45,899 nucleotides of DNA, taken from positions 1 to 45,899 of the forward strand of contig DBDD01000179.1 of NCBI GenBank assembly GCA_002293365.1, written 5' to 3'. A program made the translations under genes and the position numbers. The stretch's first letter is position 1; every line of letters begins with the position of its first letter. The notes below the pieces were generated by a model that was not told the DNA's origin, made no database searches, and saw only the letters and a list, made by a program, of their open reading frames with translations. This DNA comes from Christensenella sp. UBA941. Its GTDB lineage: Bacteria > Bacillota > Clostridia > Christensenellales > UBA941. This document shows positions 32,959 through 39,710 of this stretch, piece after piece.

Positions 32959-33261
32959 ATGAGCTTCGACGGATTTATTCATAACCCGATAATCAATTTC
33001 CAGAACATAACGGTAAAATGCCCGTCCGACGGGAATGCTCGCAAAATTCAACTTCGCTACGCTACGGATAGTAAAGGGAGCTATGACATCAGCACCGGAG
33101 ACATCGTTTACGGAAAAGTTATTTACGCCCCCTCAAACGGCTGCGACTTCCTTAACGGTTCCGCCGCCTGCGGTGATTGTCTAGCAGCTATCGACCGTCG
33201 TATTCTTGTCGGAGGCCTCACAAAACCCGTACACTTTGACAGCGGTTTCCTTATCAAGTAG
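32959..33261 (+). CDS. Possible opposite-strand small protein (100 aa, 4 Cys) inside the early operon
   Basis: This is the only ORF filling the 285-nt gap in minus-strand coding. AGGTG lies 4 nt before the ATG, and an extended -10 (TGgTATACT, 32929-32937) lies upstream. The 3' 81 nt overlap the convergent gene 33181..33621. Confidence 0.3.
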   Translation: MSFDGFIHNPIINFQNITVKCPSDGNARKIQLRYATDSKGSYDISTGDIVYGKVIYAPSNGCDFLNGSAACGDCLAAIDRRILVGGLTKPVHFDSGFLIK

Positions 33262-33621
33262 CCCAAGTTCGCGGGCCGCTGCCGCGAGAGCTCTTTCGTA
33301 GATAGGTGCTTCCAAACGGCTTATGTTGATCTCGCCGCCGTGATAGTGGTAGCGCCTTAGCTGTAGCCGTAAATCGGTTAAGACACTTTCTCCATAAGAT
33401 GTGAGCTTCACTCGCGGCGCTTTTCTCGGAAGATAAAACTTGACGCCAACCGTCCATTGCTCTGGGCGCGCCTCAAATGCCGGATAGTGAGAGAGAATAA
33501 CAGCGTTCTCTTCTATAAGGCAGGACAGTTTCATGGTCAGCTCATGCGCCGCCTCCGATATTTCCTTCTCCGTAGGCTTGTGGCCGAAGCTAATATAGTC
33601 GCCGACGATATCAAATTTCAT
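33181..33621 (-). CDS. Hypothetical early protein (146 aa), second gene of the cro-side operon
   Basis: The ORF has AAGGAGGAAAG upstream and is preceded by a GC-rich box. Confidence 0.45.
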   Translation of the reverse strand: MKFDIVGDYISFGHKPTEKEISEAAHELTMKLSCLIEENAVILSHYPAFEARPEQWTVGVKFYLPRKAPRVKLTSYGESVLTDLRLQLRRYHYHGGEINISRLEAPIYERALAAAARELGLLDKETAVKVYGFCEASDKNTTVDSC

Positions 33622-33643
33622 AAACTTTCCTCCTTCTTATACA

Positions 33644-33658
33644 ACGTGCCGCCCGGTG
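33644..33658 (-). promoter_or_regulatory. GC-rich start-associated box with 5' extension
   Basis: The plus strand reads acgtgccgcccggtg. It lies 22 nt before start 33621. On the minus strand it is preceded by AGCGCAGACGCGCAC. Confidence 0.5.
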
Positions 33659-33686
33659 TGCGCGTCTGCGCTCCGGGTGTGCAATC

Positions 33687-33878
33687 CTATGCGTTTTCGA
33701 AAAATCGGGTCCAGTCGAATTCAAGAACTGATGCTAACTTCTGCGCTACTTCGGGTGAAGGTCGGCGCGCGCCGGATTCATATTTGCCTATAGCCGTAAT
33801 GTCTACATCTACCTTCTTCGCTAATACAGCCTGTGTTAGCTGTTTTTGCTCTCTTAGTGATCTCAGCCATTGTCTCAT
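33687..33878 (-). CDS. Cro-like XRE-family HTH regulator
   Basis: I moved the start to ATG 33878 (MRQWLRSLREQKQLTQAVLAKKVDVDITAIGKYESGARRPS), which has GGAGGA upstream. The gene is divergent from the cI-like gene. Confidence 0.7.
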   Translation of the reverse strand: MRQWLRSLREQKQLTQAVLAKKVDVDITAIGKYESGARRPSPEVAQKLASVLEFDWTRFFENA

Positions 33879-33900
33879 GTAAAGTCCTCCCGACACATAC

Positions 33901-33915
33901 TAGACGTACTGTCTA
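33901..33915. promoter_or_regulatory. Operator O1 (TAGAC-N5-GTCTA)
   Basis: The sequence tagacgtactgtcta lies just downstream of the cro-side -10. Confidence 0.7.
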
Positions 33916-33920
33916 TGTCG

Positions 33921-33949
33921 ATTATATAGACGTATTGTCTAGTTGTCAA
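33921..33949 (-). promoter_or_regulatory. Early (cro-side) sigma-A-type promoter
   Basis: The minus strand reads TTGACA (33949-33944), then 17 nt, then TATAAT (33926-33921). Both hexamers are perfect consensus. Confidence 0.7.
33927..33941. promoter_or_regulatory. Operator O2 (TAGAC-N5-GTCTA)
   Basis: The sequence tagacgtattgtcta fills the spacer of the cro-side promoter. Confidence 0.7.
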
Positions 33950-33967
33950 GCATAAAATAAAATTATC

Positions 33968-33996
33968 TTGCCAAAACTAGACTTTTAGTCTATAGT
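33968..33996 (+). promoter_or_regulatory. Repressor (cI-side) sigma-A-type promoter
   Basis: The plus strand reads TTGCCA (33968-33973), then 17 nt, then TATAGT (33991-33996). Confidence 0.6.
33978..33992. promoter_or_regulatory. Operator O3 (TAGAC-N5-GTCTA)
   Basis: The sequence tagacttttagtcta lies in the spacer of the cI-side promoter. Confidence 0.7.
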
Positions 33997-34003
33997 GCTT
34001 GTA

Positions 34004-34018
34004 TAGACAATATGTCTA
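34004..34018. promoter_or_regulatory. Operator O4 (TAGAC-N5-GTCTA)
   Basis: The sequence tagacaatatgtcta lies just downstream of the cI-side -10. Confidence 0.7.
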
Positions 34019-34043
34019 GTTTATTATAGATTTGGTGATAAAA

Positions 34044-34376
34044 ATGATTGGAAAGCGCTTGGAAGATGCTCGCGAAAGCAAGGGCTATAGCAGGAAAGAA
34101 GTCGCGAAGTATCTGAATATCCATGAATCGACATACGGTAAATATGAGCTGGGGCATAGAAAGCCCGACGCTGAAACAATTTTAGCCTTAGCGAATTATT
34201 ACGGCGTATCTGTTGATTCATTGCTCGGCAGAGAAGTCGAGCCCGCCGCCAAAGAAGACGACGGGCTGACGGATAAAGGCCGGGAGCTGGTTGAAATCGC
34301 TAAGATTCTGGACGAATCGGGTAAAGATGTTCTGATTGCTGCTGGTCGCGCCTTAATTGACGGGCAAGCAAAATAA
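34044..34376 (+). CDS. CI-like XRE-family HTH repressor
   Basis: I preferred ATG 34044 (GGTGA upstream) over the listed TTG 34032. The sequence is MIGKRLEDARESKGYSRKEVAKYLNIHESTYGKYELGHRKPDAETILALANYYGVSVDSLLG. Confidence 0.75.
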   Translation: MIGKRLEDARESKGYSRKEVAKYLNIHESTYGKYELGHRKPDAETILALANYYGVSVDSLLGREVEPAAKEDDGLTDKGRELVEIAKILDESGKDVLIAAGRALIDGQAK

Positions 34377-34656
34377 GCTCCTCTATATCTGAATCGGTCA
34401 ATGCTTGGAGTGTCTTAATTAGAGTTTCGAGCTTGGGGTCGTAGTCATTAGTATCCACGATTATCAAACTCCTTCTGTATTAAGATCACTATCGATAGTT
34501 TTACTATTATAGCATATGTTGTCGAAAAATGAGGTATATGCTGCAATCCATTTCTAAAACTTGGGCTCGCGCCGCCCGTATGTACTCCGACCTATCATGA
34601 GATATGACATTATAGAAGCTGAATTATGCGAAAGATAGCGAAGGGATCATATTAAA

Positions 34657-34854
34657 GTGAAGTATGTTACCAAGATATTACTTACAGTGCTATGCCTCTT
34701 ATCTCCGTCAATAATCATGAGCATAATACGAGTTAATGGCTTCGAGGTTTACGCCGCCGTAACATTTCATCTATGGTTACCGATGTTTTTTCTTCTTCGC
34801 CGGATTTGGCGAAAAAATAAATGTACAAGTGATAGCGGAAGGGATTATTCGTAA
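34657..34854 (+). CDS. Small hydrophobic membrane protein (moron gene 1)
   Basis: The 65-aa ORF has a GTG start and two hydrophobic segments. Its stop overlaps the next start (TAATG). The DNA is AT-rich. Confidence 0.4.
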   Translation: MKYVTKILLTVLCLLSPSIIMSIIRVNGFEVYAAVTFHLWLPMFFLLRRIWRKNKCTSDSGRDYS

Positions 34855-36065
34855 TGAAGCAAACAAGATCGGCGTGTGTGTTTAGCTTATTAGTAATACT
34901 AATCCTGGCAACGCTTTCAGCAAGCGCATTTGCCGCAGAGCAAACCGAGTATAAAACACATGTAATTGATGCACTGAACCTTAGCATAGAGCTTCCGTCA
35001 GATTGGTTTGTGCTGTCTAGGGATACGCCTTCAGATAGTGAATTATTAAAGGATATAGATGTTGACTACGAACAGCTAATGTCTTTTTTTCAAGAAAGAA
35101 GCGTTTACTTAAGCGCTTTTTATTTGCCAAGCGTTTTTGACGAGTTTAGTATAATCTCGCTTGATCTTGTTGATACGCCGGATTTAACTGAATATAGCGA
35201 ACAAGAGTTAGAAATCGAAACCGACGCTTTAATAGCCTCGCTTTCGAGTAGAGAGCGTGTATATGCTATTTCAGAAACAAGTATTTCGCGCACGGAAAAT
35301 GATGTATTCATTGTCGTAGATGGTGTTTTAGAAGAAAACGGAGTACAGATATATGCACTCCAGTATTTTACTATTAGAAACAACAAAGGCATAAGCTTCA
35401 CTTTTAGATCGCCATATGAAATATCTTCTATGAGAAAAAATGAAATCCGCCGAATAATACAAACAGTAAAAATCAACACCCAATTAGAACGATTGCCATC
35501 ATCTAAAGATACATCTGCCGCCAGTTCTATCGCGCCAACGAATACTATTTCCTCCCAGCGCAGCTACACCACTCCCGAAGAGGGCTATATCCAGGAATTT
35601 TACATGGTATTAATCGCTATCGCTTTACCTATTTGTTATTATTTATATTGCTCCAAAAGCAAAAAGCGGATTAAAAATAGATGGAGATGGAACATAATGG
35701 GCGTAGCAGTCTTATCGCCACTTGTTCGCTTAGTCGGCTCAATGATAGGTCGATCAATGGCAGAGAGAGATTTTCCCGGCATCGGGACGCCTATTTCCTG
35801 GTATGATTTTCTTATATGGGTTTTCAGCAGTTTTATTATTGTTCTCGTTGGCTTCGTGATCGAGCTCGCAGATAGAAAAAATTCTAACAGAAAGAACTTT
35901 CGTATTGAAGGAGTATCGAGTGTGGGAAGCGCAAAAGCTATTCCTACCCAAGAAGAAACTCCGACAATAGAGAGAGAATTATCGGCTTATAAAAGATTGT
36001 TAGACAACAAACTAATATCACAGGATGATTACGATGCTAAAAAGAAGCAGATTCTTGGACTATAA
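34854..36065 (+). CDS. Signal-peptide and multi-TM protein with C-terminal SHOCT-like domain (moron gene 2)
   Basis: The sequence has a signal peptide (..ATLSASAFA/AEQ), an extracytoplasmic domain of about 220 aa, three hydrophobic helices, and a C-terminal segment LSAYKRLLDNKLISQDDYDAKKKQILGL that matches the SHOCT pattern. Confidence 0.55.
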   Translation: MKQTRSACVFSLLVILILATLSASAFAAEQTEYKTHVIDALNLSIELPSDWFVLSRDTPSDSELLKDIDVDYEQLMSFFQERSVYLSAFYLPSVFDEFSIISLDLVDTPDLTEYSEQELEIETDALIASLSSRERVYAISETSISRTENDVFIVVDGVLEENGVQIYALQYFTIRNNKGISFTFRSPYEISSMRKNEIRRIIQTVKINTQLERLPSSKDTSAASSIAPTNTISSQRSYTTPEEGYIQEFYMVLIAIALPICYYLYCSKSKKRIKNRWRWNIMGVAVLSPLVRLVGSMIGRSMAERDFPGIGTPISWYDFLIWVFSSFIIVLVGFVIELADRKNSNRKNFRIEGVSSVGSAKAIPTQEETPTIERELSAYKRLLDNKLISQDDYDAKKKQILGL

Positions 36066-36080
36066 ACAAAGGAGCCTCCC

Positions 36081-37313
36081 ATGCCAAAAAAAACAAAAGA
36101 CGGTCGTTACCGCGCAAAGATCACAGTTGGCCGCGATGTCGCCGGAAAGCCGGTTTATAAGTACGCCTCCGCCTCAACAAAGCGCGAGCTGGAAGCAGAG
36201 AAAACCCGCATCCGGCAGTTGTATATCGACGGCCTCCAAGACGTAAACCAGGACGTTTTGTTTGGCGCATACGCAAAGGAATGGTACGAGACGTACAAGG
36301 AGCCCTCTATAGGCTTTTCATCGCGAACAGTATATGCAGGCGTTATGAACAAACACATTATGCCTGCCTTCCAGGATCGTCAAGTAAAGGCGATTCGCTC
36401 CGGCGAGTTGCAACAATTTTTAAACGACCGCGCGCATATGTCGAAAACGGAAGTTCGGTATCTGATGAGCGTTTTGAAGAACATTTTTAAACGGGCTTTA
36501 GTAGACGGCGTTATCTCCCGTGATCCAACGCTGGCGCTGACAAAGGCATACCGGCCAGAGAAGAAGAAACGCGCCTTAAACGACGCCGAGCAAAAGGCGG
36601 CGCTGTATGTCGCGGCAAACCACCCGGACGGCTTAATTCTGTCTATCCTATACTATACCGGCCTCCGGCGCGGAGAAGCGCTTGGGCTTCAGTGGCAGGA
36701 TATAGATTTCGCAAAACAGTGGATACGCGTTATTCGCGATATAGATTTCAAGACCGAAAGCGTCGGCGATTTGAAGAACGAAGAATCATTCCGCGACATT
36801 CCGTTGACGCCCGAACTGCAAGAGGCGCTAGAACCAAGGCGGGGCATCGGGGCGACGTTCGTCATTCAAGCGCCCGTATCGCATTCACACCTATGTAAGG
36901 CGACGTTTGAGCGCGTATGGGAGGGATTACAGGCGGCTATGCTCGAAGCCGAGCCGTCCATCGACAAGGAAGAGCTTCCATCGTCCAAAAAGCGGCGTGA
37001 GAAATATGAGAAGGAACGAAAAGGCAAAAAGGATAGGCGGGGCAGGGCATACAAGGAGCCCAAGCCGGTATACGGGAGCATTTTGACGCCGCACTACTTT
37101 CGCCACAATTATTGCTCCGTCTTATACAACGCAGGCGTGGATGTATTAACCGCCCAAAAGTACCTAGGGCATTCAGATATCAGGACTACTCTAGCAATCT
37201 ACGCGCATCTGTCCGAGAAAAAGAAGGATGAAGGCGCGGAACTCGTAAAAGCCGCATTTTCAAAAAAAGTTGCCGAAAAGTTGCCAGACAAGAAAATACC
37301 GAAGCTCGAATAG
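36081..37313 (+). CDS. int: Tyrosine recombinase / phage integrase
   Basis: The sequence shows ..GLRRGEALGLQWQDIDF.. (Arg I region), HYFRHNY (H-x-x-R) and LGHSDIRTTLAIYAHL (catalytic Tyr region). It is the last phage gene before the tRNA. Confidence 0.85.
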   Translation: MPKKTKDGRYRAKITVGRDVAGKPVYKYASASTKRELEAEKTRIRQLYIDGLQDVNQDVLFGAYAKEWYETYKEPSIGFSSRTVYAGVMNKHIMPAFQDRQVKAIRSGELQQFLNDRAHMSKTEVRYLMSVLKNIFKRALVDGVISRDPTLALTKAYRPEKKKRALNDAEQKAALYVAANHPDGLILSILYYTGLRRGEALGLQWQDIDFAKQWIRVIRDIDFKTESVGDLKNEESFRDIPLTPELQEALEPRRGIGATFVIQAPVSHSHLCKATFERVWEGLQAAMLEAEPSIDKEELPSSKKRREKYEKERKGKKDRRGRAYKEPKPVYGSILTPHYFRHNYCSVLYNAGVDVLTAQKYLGHSDIRTTLAIYAHLSEKKKDEGAELVKAAFSKKVAEKLPDKKIPKLE

Positions 37314-37324
37314 AAAATCAAAAC

Positions 37325-37354
37325 CCCCAAATCCTTAGAGATTTAGGGGCTTTT
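37325..37354. terminator. Hairpin terminator between int and tRNA-Val
   Basis: The hairpin is CCCCAAATC-6 nt-GATTT(A)GGGG, flanked by AAAA on one side and CTTTTC on the other. Confidence 0.55.
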
Positions 37355-37357
37355 CGA

Positions 37358-37433
37358 TGGTGGGAACAATTGGGCTCGAACCAATGACCCCCTGCTTGTA
37401 AGGCAGGTGCTCTCCCAGCTGAGCTATGCTCCC
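37358..37433 (-). tRNA. tRNA-Val(UAC): tRNA-Val (anticodon UAC), CCA encoded
   Basis: The reverse complement is GGGAGCATAGCTCAGCTGGGAGAGCACCTGCCTTACAAGCAGGGGGTCATTGGTTCGAGCCCAATTGTTCCCACCA. It folds as a cloverleaf with a 7-bp acceptor stem, a CTTACAA anticodon loop and a GGTTCGAGCC T-arm. Confidence 0.9.
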
Positions 37434-37683
37434 CTACGGCGCGTTCCGCGCTTTGTGACGTGCGATATTATCCCATATTGACGTATAAAAGTCAACCCTA
37501 CCCAGGCGGTTTTTCATTGCCGCCGCAATTTTTCAACGTGCCGACAAATTTACTTCACAAGTCACAGTTAAACTTTAGGAGAACAGAGCGGGTTGAAACG
37601 CGTTTCGATTCAGAAAGCGGCGGAGCGCGTAGACTGCGATGATTTGGTTAAACTATTTATCGATATAGGAGGATAGAATACTA

Positions 37684-38964
37684 ATGAGTGATTATAACAA
37701 CAACCCATACCGCTATGATCCATATTCTCATGGTTACGAGCCTAAACGCAAAAGCGGTTCGGCGGCGCGCGTCGTTGCTTTGCTTATGGCGGTCGTGCTG
37801 TTAAGCGGCATTACGACGTTCGGCATTCAAAGCGCAATGAACGCAAAGGCGCAGCAGGAGCTCGACGTCAGGTTCGATCAGCTTGCGCAGCAATTACAGC
37901 AATTCCCCGCGTCTTCGGCAATGGCGGTTACAACTACTCCCGCACCGGCTATCGTTGACGGAAACTCCGCAAATCCTACGGCTAGGCCGGTCGTAACGGG
38001 CGATGCTATGACCATCTCGGACATCGCGGAAGCCGTGCGCCCATCTATCGTAGGCGTTCGCGTTACAGGCCAAACGCGCAGGCGCTTCGGCCAATCGCCC
38101 GGCAATACGACGCTTTCCGAGGGCTCGGGCGTAATAATGAGCTCCGACGGCTATATCATGACGAATTATCACGTCATCGAATACTCCCAAATGGAAGGCG
38201 CGGGTATCACTATTGTCCTTAGCGACGCGCGCGAATTCGGTGCGACGCTAGTCGGTGGCGACCAAACGAGCGATCTCGCCGTACTAAAAGTTGACGCAAG
38301 CGGGCTGCCCGCCGCAAAGATGGGCACCTCCAGCAACCTTCGCGTAGGCGATACGGCTATCGCCATCGGCAACCCGATGGGGCTTGAATTCGCAGGCTCC
38401 GTCACGAGCGGCATTATCAGCGCGATCGACCGCACGATAGAAGTAGAGGACGGCATCTCGCTCGCGGTCATTCAGACGGACGCCGCGATTAATCCGGGCA
38501 ATTCCGGCGGAGCGCTTTTGAACGACAGGGGTGAAGTTATCGGCATCAATACGGTCAAAATTTCATCGACTGGCGTAGAGGGCCTTGGCTTTGCGATCCC
38601 GATCGACAGCGCTCTTCCGGTTTTGAACGACCTGCGCGATCACGGCAAGGTCACCGGCCGCCCGTCGCTAGGCGTGCTGAATCCTATAGCTGTGGATGAA
38701 ATGAGCGCCCGCATCTACGGCTACCCGCTCGGCGTATTTATCGAGGAAACCGCTGAAGGCGGCGCGGCCCAAAGGGCGGGATTGCTGGCGGGCGATATAA
38801 TTACGGAGCTCGACGGTATACAGATACGCTCCATCAACGATATCAATACCGTTAAGGAGCAGCACAAGGTCGGCGACACGATTTCGGTTAAAGTTATGCG
38901 CTATAATGAAGCCGTAAGGAATTATGAAGAAATGACCGCTTCGCTAACGTTCCAGGAGGCATAG
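37684..38964 (+). CDS. htrA: HtrA/DegP-family serine protease with an N-terminal membrane anchor and a C-terminal PDZ domain
   Basis: The sequence has a TM helix (AARVVALLMAVVLLSGITTFGI), the His region TNYHVI, the Asp region SDLAVLKV, the Ser motif GNSGGALLN, and a PDZ-like C-terminus (..GAAQRAGLLAGDIITELDG..). Confidence 0.85.
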   Translation: MSDYNNNPYRYDPYSHGYEPKRKSGSAARVVALLMAVVLLSGITTFGIQSAMNAKAQQELDVRFDQLAQQLQQFPASSAMAVTTTPAPAIVDGNSANPTARPVVTGDAMTISDIAEAVRPSIVGVRVTGQTRRRFGQSPGNTTLSEGSGVIMSSDGYIMTNYHVIEYSQMEGAGITIVLSDAREFGATLVGGDQTSDLAVLKVDASGLPAAKMGTSSNLRVGDTAIAIGNPMGLEFAGSVTSGIISAIDRTIEVEDGISLAVIQTDAAINPGNSGGALLNDRGEVIGINTVKISSTGVEGLGFAIPIDSALPVLNDLRDHGKVTGRPSLGVLNPIAVDEMSARIYGYPLGVFIEETAEGGAAQRAGLLAGDIITELDGIQIRSINDINTVKEQHKVGDTISVKVMRYNEAVRNYEEMTASLTFQEA

Positions 38965-38975
38965 ACGAAAATACC

Positions 38976-39016
38976 ATATACGTCAAAGGGGGAGCACGCT
39001 CCCCCTTTGACGTATA
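38976..39016. terminator. Long perfect hairpin between convergent genes (bidirectional terminator)
   Basis: The arms ATATACGTCAAAGGGGGAGC and GCTCCCCCTTTGACGTATAA pair almost perfectly, giving a stem of at least 13 bp with GC-rich pairs near its top. It lies between the htrA end and the end of ORF 39022..39651. Confidence 0.7.
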
Positions 39017-39021
39017 ATCGT

Positions 39022-39651
39022 TTAAACGTATTGCAAAACGTCGATATAGAATTGAATCGCGTCCGCGGAATCGTCAACGTCCAAATTATTGCACGCCCAG
39101 CCAAAAGGAATCCTCACGTATTCCCAGCCGTCTCGAACGGGGAGAACGACTTCCTGCCATTCGTCTTCAAGATATAAAGTCGTCGTGCTTTGCTCGCCAT
39201 TATCCCCCTCAATATACAGCTTAACCCAGCCGCCGCTCCCTTTTATCTGGAAACTGCACTCCTTGTATTTATTTACGTCCGGCCCCTTCGCGCCGGGGTC
39301 GTAATCCCAATCGCCCTTTTTCCAAAGCAAAACCGCACCCGCCCAATGGCTCGAGCCGCTCGGCGTATAGGAAAACATCATGGATTCCTTGCCTGCGGAA
39401 AACTGGGACTTATCGCTACCGTCGAATTTTATGCTGCCGTCGTTGCCGTTTTTGACGCTGCCCATATACGCGACGGCTGCGTATCTGTCCGCTTTCAGGA
39501 CGGTGCTGTCGTCCTTGAACATGCGGTATACCGTTTTCTTCGCGGCGGGCTTGGGAGTTTTAGCCGGCGCGGCAGCCGTCGCGAAGAGGGAAATAAGCAT
39601 AACGAAAACCAATAACAGAACGTTTGCCCTTTTAGTTTTCACAGAGAACAA
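39022..39651 (-). CDS. Secreted protein with a conserved ~150-aa (CBM/jelly-roll-like?) domain, paralog A
   Basis: The protein has a signal peptide (VLLLVFVMLISLFATAAA). The domain shares FSYTP..HWAGAVLLW..GDWDYDPG..GPD..KLYIEGDNGEQS..LEDEWQEVVLPV..GWEYV with the C-terminus of ORF 39711..40709. Confidence 0.5.
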   Translation of the reverse strand: MFSVKTKRANVLLLVFVMLISLFATAAAPAKTPKPAAKKTVYRMFKDDSTVLKADRYAAVAYMGSVKNGNDGSIKFDGSDKSQFSAGKESMMFSYTPSGSSHWAGAVLLWKKGDWDYDPGAKGPDVNKYKECSFQIKGSGGWVKLYIEGDNGEQSTTTLYLEDEWQEVVLPVRDGWEYVRIPFGWACNNLDVDDSADAIQFYIDVLQYV

Positions 39652-39710
39652 CTCCTTTTATCATAATAGTTTTATAATAGTTTTATAATACTTTCACACA
39701 AAGCGCCTGT

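Noticed and set aside
37435-37683. 250-nt leader upstream of htrA as a riboswitch or sRNA
   Set aside because: I could not recognise any known riboswitch core or a convincing conserved structure by eye. It probably contains only the htrA promoter.
37478-39016. TTGACGTATAA 11-mer found upstream and downstream of htrA (possible flanking direct repeat)
   Set aside because: 11-mer coincidences are expected many times in 46 kb. The downstream copies are simply the arms of the terminator hairpin.
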